From a virus (lineage: Duplodnaviria > Caudoviricetes): a stretch of DNA of 64,000 nucleotides. The stretch is taken from the IMG/VR virus record IMGVR_UViG_3300035501_000922; one strand, 5' to 3'. The notes under the pieces are model-generated. The model made no database searches, was not told where the DNA came from, and worked only from the letters and a program-made list of their open reading frames with translations. Position numbers and translations under genes: made by a program. This document shows, one piece after another, positions 1-9,237 of the stretch (positions are counted from its first letter, which is position 1; each line of letters starts with the position of its first letter).

Positions 1-188
1 CCAAAATGAACGATGACATTGATTATTTAAAAGAACAGGTAAAAATGATAAATGATAGAATTGATAACTTAGAAATTACCGGCGGTGGTAGTGGAATTTA
101 CGTAGGTAGTGACAACCCAAATGCAACGTGTATATGGTATGATACCGATATAGATGATGATCTTGAAAACTTAAAAAATAAAGACTGA
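1..188 (+). CDS. 3' end of a probable virion/tail-associated protein (partial)
   Basis: The frame is open from the window edge. A coiled-coil is followed by GGGSGIYVGSDNPNATCIWYDT, a motif type seen in phage tail proteins. A hairpin terminator follows. Confidence 0.4.
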   Translation, partial: KMNDDIDYLKEQVKMINDRIDNLEITGGGSGIYVGSDNPNATCIWYDTDIDDDLENLKNKD

Positions 189-220
189 GAATATAGATAA
201 TCCTATATTCTCAGTCTTTT
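181..220. terminator. bidirectional intrinsic terminator
   Basis: 16-bp perfect stem aagactgagaatatag/ctatattctcagtctt between convergent genes, flanked by A and T runs. Confidence 0.8.
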
Positions 221-224
221 AATG

Positions 225-500
225 TCAATCTAGTTGCATTATGGTTTCTTCAAATTCATCATATTCAATTTCTTTAAGTGTATTCCAGTCAATCTCTATA
301 TCTGAAAATGCAAGCATATCAGATAAAACATCTCTGACAGTCATTTCGGGGTTATCTACCTGACCTTCATCTATTATTGAATAATCAGCATCATATAAAT
401 CATAATCCCATCCACTATCAACAGTCATGATTTTAGCATACATTGTATCTCCATCTGTAGTAATGAAGGTATATGCTTTTTGAATATCAAATTGGTTCAT
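225..500 (-). CDS. hypothetical acidic protein
   Basis: 91-aa ORF with GGAGG RBS, directly abutting the upstream gene. Confidence 0.7.
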   Translation of the reverse strand: MNQFDIQKAYTFITTDGDTMYAKIMTVDSGWDYDLYDADYSIIDEGQVDNPEMTVRDVLSDMLAFSDIEIDWNTLKEIEYDEFEETIMQLD

Positions 501-1034
501 CTAATCCTCACCTCCAATTATCATATCTTTTATGAACGGCTCTATTGCTTTTATGAATCTAATATCCAAATATGGATATTGTTCATTTACTGTAGATGTG
601 TAACAAAGTTCATCATCTTCATCATACATTTCATCAATAAATTTAACCCAATTCGACTCAATGAAATTTATAAAGTTTTCACTATCACCACGTTCTTTAT
701 AACGTCTTATGAATTCTTCTTTCATGTCTTTATCTGGGTATACAAGAATGAATTTTAATCCAGCATCTTTGAGAGCCTTTCTTACAACGTCATGCGACGA
801 TACCAAAATAATGTTAGTCTTTCCGATATGTTCTTTAATGTGGTTAATATAGTTATTCGGAAAATCAGGATTACGTTTTTTGGTATTATTACCCTTCTCA
901 TCCTTAATCCAACTAAAATTACTTGAGTCACTATCTATAATACTATTAGGATATGACTCCTTAATTTTATTGTACAGATAGCTTTTACCACAACCCGGAA
1001 ATGCACTAATTATTAAACTACATTCTTTACTCAT
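501..1034 (-). CDS. P-loop nucleotide kinase-like protein
   Basis: N-terminal Walker A AFPGCGKS followed by IIDSDS; kinase-sized at 177 aa. Confidence 0.65.
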   Translation of the reverse strand: MSKECSLIISAFPGCGKSYLYNKIKESYPNSIIDSDSSNFSWIKDEKGNNTKKRNPDFPNNYINHIKEHIGKTNIILVSSHDVVRKALKDAGLKFILVYPDKDMKEEFIRRYKERGDSENFINFIESNWVKFIDEMYDEDDELCYTSTVNEQYPYLDIRFIKAIEPFIKDMIIGGED

Positions 1035-1040
1035 TTTATA

Positions 1041-1544
1041 TCAATCCTTTCTTTTTATTTTACATCCTCTGTATTTCTTTTCAATTGAAGCTACAATGAC
1101 TGTATTCCCTTTAGCGCAACCAGAATTATTCCAATCTGGTCCTAAGAAATAATGACACAATTCATTTACCGCAGCAGCTTCAGTTATTAGTGGTGGGAAT
1201 ACTCCGTATTTATCGGATACATCAGATATATCAGCAAGATGATGTATATCAAGTTTATTTCTGATTGATATATTAAATCCGAATATACAGCGTTTCTTAA
1301 CCCAGCATCCTTTATACTGTGCCTCAATGCTCATAACAATATCGATAGGTAACTGCTCAGGACAAGGCAGTTTATGATTAGGTTTCCAGTCTTCTCCTAA
1401 GAAATAATTGCATAATTCGTTTAATGCCATACTATCAGACATTTGCGGAGAAAACGAAAAACGATACCAAGGGGAAAATACATTATTTCGTGGTTCTGGG
1501 TCAACCAATGAAATAATATGGTCGATATCAAGTTTTTTTCTCAT
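1041..1544 (-). CDS. hypothetical protein with an internal two-fold repeat
   Basis: KLDIxH...VFxP...NELCxYFLGxDW...SIExxYxGC occurs twice. Confidence 0.75.
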   Translation of the reverse strand: MRKKLDIDHIISLVDPEPRNNVFSPWYRFSFSPQMSDSMALNELCNYFLGEDWKPNHKLPCPEQLPIDIVMSIEAQYKGCWVKKRCIFGFNISIRNKLDIHHLADISDVSDKYGVFPPLITEAAAVNELCHYFLGPDWNNSGCAKGNTVIVASIEKKYRGCKIKRKD

Positions 1545-1620
1545 TTTAATTACATCCTTTCAATTTATTATAATAATAGGTGTATGTATTTTATTTAAAA
1601 TACATACACCATTACTATTT

Positions 1621-3402
1621 TTAATCAGATGATACATCATCATTTGATTCTGCCTTTGCTTCTTCAAGTACTTCGGTGTCATCACTATCTACGACTATTT
1701 CATAGTGACCTTCTCGTGATGTTCCTGACACATTGATATTATCATTCGTAAACTTTTGCATTGATACTAAAGCGTTATAATAATCGTCTTTATTATCAAA
1801 ATCAAGTTTAATAAACTGAACACCCTTTTCCTTGAAGATATCCTCCAAGTCTTTATTGAGTCTGTACCCAAAATCATCAGGCTCGTTATCATCATCAAAG
1901 TAAAGACCGTTCATATCACTGAAAGGTGACAGGAGTCCAGAAGTACCCGGGTCTGAATTTCCACATACAAGTATATCAATATAACCGAGAAAACTTGGAT
2001 GTATTCCTCTATATCTCAGTCCAATATTATTAGAATTCTTTCCACCCAAACTATGCGGACCCTTGTTTGTATATTTGAACTTACTGAAGAAATTCATATC
2101 ATTTACCGATTCATCATATCTTAATACTCCACTAGAGTGCATCTTTAAGATAAGAATATCTCCAGGGAATCTAAATAAATCACGATAGTTATCAATCGTC
2201 GCTTTATCTCTAAGAGATATTATTCTGTTAAGACGTTTACTGAATTCTTTAGTAAGTAATGATGCAATGTACTCATTACATCTAAGTCGCTTATTCTTAA
2301 GGTCAAGATTATCTTTTAATCTCAGGTCATTGTATTCTTGCATAACCCAGCGTAACAACGTGTATATATCTGACTTATGATAAGGATGTACTTTAAGTAT
2401 CTTTTTAGTAGACTCATCAAGTAGTCTATTAAAGAATCTGAGAATATCCTTACCTTTCTCATAGTTATTTGGATTAGCAATCTTCTTAATCCATACCTTA
2501 GGGTCATCAAGCTGTTCTATCGTAACTCTATTAGTACATACAGTCAAGAATGCTCCTGCAATGGATTGAACATACGGATATTTATTAAATATCTTTCTGA
2601 TAATTTGCATATAACACTTACTGGAAAGCTGAAAATAAATCATATCAGGGTCTTTCTCTTCAGGAAGTGATGGAATGAAAGATATTACATTAGATACTTC
2701 GAGAAAATCCAATGTATAATCAATACCCTTTGAAAGATAGAAAAGAATGATTGGTATTTCCTTTCGGAACACAAAAACTGAGTATACTGGGAGTACATAG
2801 TGTTCACCCTCACAATCAGATGCACTGATACCTGAGCGTTTGAGTTTCTCATCAGTAATATTGTTATGAGCTACTTCATCAGCTTCAACAATATTTCTTT
2901 TTACTGCTACAGGCATAAGACTCTTAAGTGTTACACTTGATGCACTCGTATAAGTTGATTTCTCTACCATCTGGTAAATAAGATAGTACTTCTTACCTTT
3001 AATGTAGAAATAACCATCTTCGTCTTGAAGTGGAATCAACATCGCTTTTGTTATCGGATACGTATGGATAAACTTCTCACCAGTTTCAGGATTATCTTCC
3101 AATAAAGAAACTTCCAGTTTTACAGTAAGCTTACCGTATCTATCATCGTTGATGAATTTATAGTCGTATCTATCTTTCTTTTTCTTCTTCTTTTCTCTCT
3201 TAAAAATATACTTATTAATGTCAATTTCGCTTTCTTTTTCAGTATAATCGAAACTGACACATCTGATGTTATCAACAACTTCAAGAGACTTCCAACTGTC
3301 AATAACATATTCCACAAGGGGAGCATCTGCAGTTTTGTTCATTAAAGGAACATTGAGTTCTTTCTCATACTGTGACACATACCCTTTCAGACATTTTTTC
3401 AT
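1621..3402 (-). CDS. multisubunit RNA polymerase beta subunit, N-terminal part (non-virion RNAP type)
   Basis: DGYFYIKGKKYYLIYQ matches the beta G.F.I.G...Q motif. RGIHPSFLGYIDILVCGNSDPGTSGLL matches beta R.vHpShyGri...tpeG.n.Gl. The split form is typical of phiKZ/AR9-like phages. Confidence 0.85.
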   Translation of the reverse strand: MKKCLKGYVSQYEKELNVPLMNKTADAPLVEYVIDSWKSLEVVDNIRCVSFDYTEKESEIDINKYIFKREKKKKKKDRYDYKFINDDRYGKLTVKLEVSLLEDNPETGEKFIHTYPITKAMLIPLQDEDGYFYIKGKKYYLIYQMVEKSTYTSASSVTLKSLMPVAVKRNIVEADEVAHNNITDEKLKRSGISASDCEGEHYVLPVYSVFVFRKEIPIILFYLSKGIDYTLDFLEVSNVISFIPSLPEEKDPDMIYFQLSSKCYMQIIRKIFNKYPYVQSIAGAFLTVCTNRVTIEQLDDPKVWIKKIANPNNYEKGKDILRFFNRLLDESTKKILKVHPYHKSDIYTLLRWVMQEYNDLRLKDNLDLKNKRLRCNEYIASLLTKEFSKRLNRIISLRDKATIDNYRDLFRFPGDILILKMHSSGVLRYDESVNDMNFFSKFKYTNKGPHSLGGKNSNNIGLRYRGIHPSFLGYIDILVCGNSDPGTSGLLSPFSDMNGLYFDDDNEPDDFGYRLNKDLEDIFKEKGVQFIKLDFDNKDDYYNALVSMQKFTNDNINVSGTSREGHYEIVVDSDDTEVLEEAKAESNDDVSSD

Positions 3403-3517
3403 AAAAATATCATCCTTTCAATATTTATTTCCGAGAAATAATATATACAAAAAATAAAAGTGGAAGTCAATTTCTGTCATTCCACTTTTATTTTATATTT
3501 ACTTGTTGTCTTTGGTA

Positions 3518-4234
3518 TTATTCATACTTAGACGATGCAAGTGTATCGTTCTTAAGTCTGAGCTTAGACTCAATATTCGGACGAATATATATTACACCGT
3601 TAATATCTTCTGATTCCCTCACACCGATGTAAAAACAACCCATCATGTTAATCTCGTATTCAAAACGGTCTCCACGATTCTCTATGAGATGATTTACAAT
3701 CATTTCATATGTTGTTACAAATATCGGCATAATACATTCCGAAGATGCAATCTCTACATCAATCTCCTTAAGAAGCTGTATTGCTTCAGTCGATATTTTC
3801 TTTATTACTTCGGGCTGCGATGTTATATTCTCAGCACCCCACTGAACGCATCTTTCAACTGCTGATGCTGACAGGTCATCAAACTCAACACGCTTCTTTA
3901 TGACACCGAGGTCACGAAGATAAACCATAAAATTACCCTGCTTTTCATCCTCGTCATCCTGACTTGTAGAATAACCAATCAAAAGTCTGTCACATATATT
4001 GATTTCAAAATCGCTATATGCTTTTTCAAACTTTTCAAGGCTTACTAATATAGCCTCATAAATCTTTGCAAAGCAAGCTGCCAATAATCTGGGATCAGGT
4101 TTATTTGTCTTACTATCAGTAAAACTCATTTTGAAATTATCATGCAACTGTCTGTTTGCTTCATCACATATTGACAGAATTGCATTTGTGTCCTCACTTG
4201 CGTTCTCCTTGAAAAATTCAATGTACTTTGCCAT
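3518..4234 (-). CDS. hypothetical protein
   Basis: 238-aa ORF with AAGGAGG RBS and an upstream TATACATTAT promoter. Confidence 0.8.
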   Translation of the reverse strand: MAKYIEFFKENASEDTNAILSICDEANRQLHDNFKMSFTDSKTNKPDPRLLAACFAKIYEAILVSLEKFEKAYSDFEINICDRLLIGYSTSQDDEDEKQGNFMVYLRDLGVIKKRVEFDDLSASAVERCVQWGAENITSQPEVIKKISTEAIQLLKEIDVEIASSECIMPIFVTTYEMIVNHLIENRGDRFEYEINMMGCFYIGVRESEDINGVIYIRPNIESKLRLKNDTLASSKYE

Positions 4235-4374
4235 TTAAATTTCCTCCTTTAAATAATTTTATATTATCGTTATTCTAATAATGTAAATCAATAACATTAT
4301 TACTTGCTAATAATGTATAATTAAATAATAAAGATGTGAGGATATTCGGTTATATCCTCACACTTAATTATTTA

Positions 4375-6498
4375 TTAAAGAAAATGCTTTGATACATAAT
4401 CCTTATAATTTTTAATACCTACAATAGGTATACCGTACTTCTTAGCTTTTGATACTTTAGATGACTCTACACCAACGACAGGAACAACCAATATGCTTGT
4501 ATCTTTACTGAGAGAATCCTTAACAACACCATCATTTTCAGTCGTCCAGTCTTCAAGGTCTTTGTCTCTTACTTTTGTGAATACTACAGAGAATTTTGAA
4601 TTGTTCGTTTTCTTTTCTTCAAGAATTATTAATTCATTTTCCAAAAAGCTAATCAGTTTTTCATTCTCTCTAATACCATCAATAATTTTTCTTGCAGTTT
4701 TACTTTTAATACCCGGAATAATTGTCAGCACATCCACTGCCTTTTCAGTTTTATCATCTAAAGATAATTCAAGAAGTTCATCAAATGAAATCATTTCGAA
4801 AACTTTTAAGAATGTCTTTGTTGATACTCCTTCAATTCCAAGAGAACCGAGCATTTGTGATGCAGGTACTTCACGATGATTATTAATTTCATCAATAATT
4901 GCATCGACACTTCTTTCTCCAAAACCAGAAATACTGCAGAGTTTCTTCTTATTCTTTTCGAGTTTGTATACATCCTTTATAGATTCAAGGTAGCCCTTCT
5001 CATAAAGAACATCTACTGTTGCATATGAAATTCCATCAATGTGCATTTTGTTAAAATAGTTTAATATCTTACCTTTCTCTTTGCATGGGCATTTCTTATT
5101 TACACAGTACATTATATCCCCGCTATCAGAGAACTCCAATGGTTCACCACAATCAGGACAGCACCAAGGTATCTCAAAAGGTTCTTTACCACTTTTCTTA
5201 CACTTAGGGTCATTCTCATCGAAAACAATATAAGGAATGATATCATATAAAACTTTAACTTTATCACCCTTTGACAATTTTAATGATTTAAATCTTCCCA
5301 TAGAACCCAGTGAAACATTCTCAATAGTATTTCCCTTAAGCTTAATTGGGTCAATAACTGCAACTGGACTTATACGTCCAAATAATCCTGCTGTGAATTT
5401 TACATCTTTAATCTTAGAGTATCCAACTTCTTCTGTGAACTTATATGCAACCTCGAATTTTTGTTTATTATCTTCTCTGCCGAGTATTTTCTGAATACGT
5501 TCGTTGATGATGTATATAACCATACCATCACATCTCATACCATTAGTGTATGCATGCTCGAACGCAAACTTTCTCATGGCTTCTCTGTCAGATAATCTGC
5601 ATCTTAAATACGGTGTATTAAATGCACCCGGAACTAATTCTTGTAAACTTTCGTTTCCTTTATCATCAAGATAAGACATTCTCAGCTGCATGACCTGAAG
5701 ATACTTAATACGGTCATCCACTTCATCACTGTTAATAATAGAAGACACTATAGCTCTCGACTGTTTATAGTTGGTATTATAAACTTCATTATATTTATTA
5801 AAGTCCTCGTCACTCATCATAATTTCAGTTTTTATACCGTACTCATGTTTAGCATTATCGAAAGGACCTTTACCAATCCAATCTCTAAAAACATGAGTTA
5901 TGTCTTGTGCTTCATTAGTCTCTGTAAATCCACGTGTTAATACTCTCTGTAGTTCACCGTTTTTTGAATACTCAAAGATTCCTGATACACCATCAAACTT
6001 AGGAAAACAATAAATTTCTTCATCTTTAAGACTTACTCTTTCACCAGTCTTTTCATAAATCTTATTTTCTAAAGTTTTAATCCAATCGTCTAATGATTTT
6101 CTGCTTTTATTTTCGAGAGCATCTTCTTCCGTTAAAGCATAAACTTTATCAAGAGTACCTCTTAATGATTTATATTTATGATGAACAACTTTACCGGATG
6201 ATACTACTGGAACTGTAATACCAACATCACCGGCATTTGATAGTTTCTCATAAATAATGTCATACTCGGAGTCACTCATACCAGTTTCTTCACCAGTATA
6301 ATTATAAATAGACTGAGCACAGTCTATAAGAGTCTTGCCATTTTGAATTTCATCATATGGAATTTCATCCATGCCAAGGAACCTTTCAATTTCTTTTCGA
6401 ACGTCATCACTTTTCATTAGTAAAATCAGTTCATTCATTTTCTTGGGATTATCAGATACCTGATTTTCTCGTAACCTCAATTCGTCAAAAATATACAT
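4375..6498 (-). CDS. ligA: NAD-dependent DNA ligase
   Basis: KFDG adenylation motif, LTRG, DG motif, AYKF, OB fold, CPDC..C..C zinc finger, HhH repeats, C-terminal BRCT (SSKVSKAKKYGIPI). Start placed at ATG 6498 by its RBS. Confidence 0.95.
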   Translation of the reverse strand: MYIFDELRLRENQVSDNPKKMNELILLMKSDDVRKEIERFLGMDEIPYDEIQNGKTLIDCAQSIYNYTGEETGMSDSEYDIIYEKLSNAGDVGITVPVVSSGKVVHHKYKSLRGTLDKVYALTEEDALENKSRKSLDDWIKTLENKIYEKTGERVSLKDEEIYCFPKFDGVSGIFEYSKNGELQRVLTRGFTETNEAQDITHVFRDWIGKGPFDNAKHEYGIKTEIMMSDEDFNKYNEVYNTNYKQSRAIVSSIINSDEVDDRIKYLQVMQLRMSYLDDKGNESLQELVPGAFNTPYLRCRLSDREAMRKFAFEHAYTNGMRCDGMVIYIINERIQKILGREDNKQKFEVAYKFTEEVGYSKIKDVKFTAGLFGRISPVAVIDPIKLKGNTIENVSLGSMGRFKSLKLSKGDKVKVLYDIIPYIVFDENDPKCKKSGKEPFEIPWCCPDCGEPLEFSDSGDIMYCVNKKCPCKEKGKILNYFNKMHIDGISYATVDVLYEKGYLESIKDVYKLEKNKKKLCSISGFGERSVDAIIDEINNHREVPASQMLGSLGIEGVSTKTFLKVFEMISFDELLELSLDDKTEKAVDVLTIIPGIKSKTARKIIDGIRENEKLISFLENELIILEEKKTNNSKFSVVFTKVRDKDLEDWTTENDGVVKDSLSKDTSILVVPVVGVESSKVSKAKKYGIPIVGIKNYKDYVSKHFL

Positions 6499-6639
6499 TT
6501 TTAAAACCACCTTTCATATTTATAAGGATTGCTCTCATATAAATAATATATAAATCAATAAAAAATATAGATAATGAACAGTTTAGGTTTTATTTTCTTA
6601 TTCACAGTAAAATAATTATGTTAAGCTAGGTGATTAAAA

Positions 6640-7689
6640 ATGACAAATAAAGAAACTAAACTTGATTTAATTCAAGCTCTATCAAATAGAGGAGTTTATT
6701 TTAAGCAAATAAATGATGTTGAATTTAGAACACGCTGCCCTTATTGTGGTGATTCGTCAAGAGAAAACACAGGGCATCTTTATATGAGAATAAATCCTGA
6801 CGACGATTTTAATGTCGTTTTTCACTGTTTTAAATGTGAAGAAGCAGGAGTATTAACATCCGACAATTTATCAATGTTTGATATTGAAGATATTGATTTA
6901 AAATCCAATATCTATTCTTTAAACAAAACTGCAAAAAAAGTTGACAATAAGAATATTGCAACTGGTATACGTAATAAATATTTTGATTATAAGATACCAG
7001 ATATTCATATTGGTAAAAAAACAGAATATATAGAAAAACGTTTAGGATTAAAGTTTAATAACGATGATTATAAAAAGATGAAAATGATTACATCATTAAG
7101 AGAATTTTTAATACTAAACGGTATTAAAAAAATAACTTGTCATAATGAAATAGCATTTAGATTAGAAGACCATTATGTAGGTTTTTTATCTTATGGTAAT
7201 TCACATATTCTATTTCGTGATATAACAAATAGAGAAAAAATAAAATGGGTTAAATATCCAATAACAGAAGAAAGTAAAGAAAATAGATTATTTTATTCAA
7301 TGTGTGCTGATATAGATGTGTTAACTACAGATTCTCTAGTTATTAATTTAGGAGAAGGAGTACTCGATACTTTATCAGCTTTTTATAATTTAGGATTTGA
7401 TGGTCCTAACACTATGAATATCTCAGTATCTGGAAAGTACTATGATAAATTACTACTATATTTAATTGAACTAGGATTGGTTGGAAGTAATATAACAATA
7501 AATATATTTTCAGATAATGATGAAATTTTTAATAAAAAGAATAATAATCCAACTAATATAGATTACTATAGACGAGTACTTAAGAACTATAAATATCTAT
7601 ATGGGCAAATAAATGTGTACTATAATACTATAGGAAAAGATATTGGAGTACCAAGACAAGAAATTAGTTTAAAAAGATACATTTTATAA
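6640..7689 (+). CDS. DNA primase (T4 gp61-like)
   Basis: N-terminal zinc ribbon RCPYCGDS...HCFKC; TOPRIM motifs LGEGVLD and FSDND; terminal KDIG. Confidence 0.85.
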   Translation: MTNKETKLDLIQALSNRGVYFKQINDVEFRTRCPYCGDSSRENTGHLYMRINPDDDFNVVFHCFKCEEAGVLTSDNLSMFDIEDIDLKSNIYSLNKTAKKVDNKNIATGIRNKYFDYKIPDIHIGKKTEYIEKRLGLKFNNDDYKKMKMITSLREFLILNGIKKITCHNEIAFRLEDHYVGFLSYGNSHILFRDITNREKIKWVKYPITEESKENRLFYSMCADIDVLTTDSLVINLGEGVLDTLSAFYNLGFDGPNTMNISVSGKYYDKLLLYLIELGLVGSNITINIFSDNDEIFNKKNNNPTNIDYYRRVLKNYKYLYGQINVYYNTIGKDIGVPRQEISLKRYIL

Positions 7690-7694
7690 AAAAA

Positions 7695-7730
7695 AATAAG
7701 GGTAACGATTTTTTTTTCGTTACCCTTATT
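7695..7730. terminator. bidirectional intrinsic terminator
   Basis: 14-bp perfect stem aataagggtaacga/tcgttacccttatt between convergent genes. Confidence 0.8.
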
Positions 7731-7736
7731 TATTAT

Positions 7737-8129
7737 TCACTTATCAAATTTAACAAGTTCCCAATCGTAAAACCACGGTAAATGGTAATTAAGTGGAAAT
7801 TTACCATACCACTTCCACCATGGGTCGTAAGATAAAGTGAAACGAAAACAGAGTGAAACTTTGTCTACATCTATAGATACAGTCTGACCGGGCTTAATTA
7901 TTAATTTGCCACACTCAGAAATGTGTGATGTACTTTTATTTTGTACCTCTACAGATTTTTCGTAATGTGAAGACAGATCTTTCACAAAGTTCGCAACATT
8001 AAGTTCAAACTTAAAGTTTTTCGGATCAAAACGGTCATCCGACTCTGTTACCATAGTAACGTCAGTACTACACCAGATAGCAGTGTGAAAGTGTGAACTC
8101 TGAGGTTCATTATAAAAATAAATACTCAT
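7737..8129 (-). CDS. hypothetical protein
   Basis: ORF with AAAGGA RBS before ATG 8129 and a TATACATTAT promoter at 8199-8208. Confidence 0.65.
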   Translation of the reverse strand: MSIYFYNEPQSSHFHTAIWCSTDVTMVTESDDRFDPKNFKFELNVANFVKDLSSHYEKSVEVQNKSTSHISECGKLIIKPGQTVSIDVDKVSLCFRFTLSYDPWWKWYGKFPLNYHLPWFYDWELVKFDK

Positions 8130-8296
8130 AATTTTTATGTCCTTTCTGGTTTTAGTATCTTTTCCTTGATAATTTGCAACCTGACCCATTGCACATAAAT
8201 AATGTATAATTTAATAATATAGATTTACGGTTTTACTTTACATTTTCACCACATTATTATAAAACATTTTATTATTAATTCAAAGGAGGAATTCAT

Positions 8297-8833
8297 ATGT
8301 CTAAGAAGTCTAATAAAGGTAATAAACAATATAATCCTCAAGTTAAAGCTACTGAAGATATTACTACAGAAGTAGAAGTTAGTGAAGTAGATACTACTGA
8401 GGAATCTGTAGTTGAAACCCCCGAAGAGGATACTGTAACTACTGAAGTTATAGAGGAAGAAGAAACTACTGATGTAGTAACTGAAGAACCTATTCCTGTA
8501 GTGGAAGAGCCCGTTGTAGAAACTATCGAGGAGCCCACTCCTGAAGTAGTTCCTGAAGTTACTGTAAAAAAAGTAGAAACTCCCTCTCCCGTCAAGGAAC
8601 CTACAAAAAACGCAAGTTCAAGCACTGTTTATCAAATAGTATTTGCTACTAATGCAACCCCTCTTCAGGTTTATAAGATTACGAAAAGATTATCAGACCT
8701 TTCCATAAACTATAATTATGATACTGCTACAGGAATGATAGTTGGACAGAAGTACTCGTCATTTACTGAAGCAAAAGCTGCAAAGAAGTATTTTGCTGGT
8801 AAAGGTCTTAAACCTATAATTAAAGAAATTTAA
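8297..8833 (+). CDS. E/T/V/P-rich protein with a SPOR-like C-terminal domain
   Basis: Low-complexity acidic linker followed by YQIVFA...VGQKYSSFTEAKAAKKYFAGKG (SPOR-like pattern); GGAGG RBS; AACA-N6-TA promoter. Confidence 0.6.
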   Translation: MSKKSNKGNKQYNPQVKATEDITTEVEVSEVDTTEESVVETPEEDTVTTEVIEEEETTDVVTEEPIPVVEEPVVETIEEPTPEVVPEVTVKKVETPSPVKEPTKNASSSTVYQIVFATNATPLQVYKITKRLSDLSINYNYDTATGMIVGQKYSSFTEAKAAKKYFAGKGLKPIIKEI

Positions 8834-8895
8834 AAAAAAATAGCTGTAAATTTTAATAACATTGTATTAAAAACCTACAGCCTTTAAATATTCAT

Positions 8896-9063
8896 TTATT
8901 TCATTCCCATTATAGCTTGGAATTTCGCAGCCTCACGGGCAGCTACTTTTTCAGCTTTGGGATTTCTGACGTACTGTTTGTACACAGCCATACCAGATTT
9001 TGACTGAGGCTGAGGGTCAGACGACTGACTATTAAGTACGAGAGATAAGAGGTCGTTATTCAT
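8896..9063 (-). CDS. small hypothetical protein (55 aa, not in the ORF track)
   Basis: MNNDLLSLVLNSQSSDPQPQSKSGMAVYKQYVRNPKAEKVAAREAAKFQAIMGMK; AGGTGA RBS; TATACATCAT promoter at 9102-9111. Confidence 0.65.
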   Translation of the reverse strand: MNNDLLSLVLNSQSSDPQPQSKSGMAVYKQYVRNPKAEKVAAREAAKFQAIMGMK

Positions 9064-9237
9064 TTCATCACCTACTTTCTTTTTATTGTTTATTCACGTA
9101 GATGATGTATAATTATTTTACTAAAGTAAAATAAAAAAACAGGAGCGATGAGTCCATCATCGCTCCTGTTGTATTTTTTTATCACCTCTTATTAAAATAA
9201 TATGTGTGGTTATCTATAATGATAACCACACATATTT

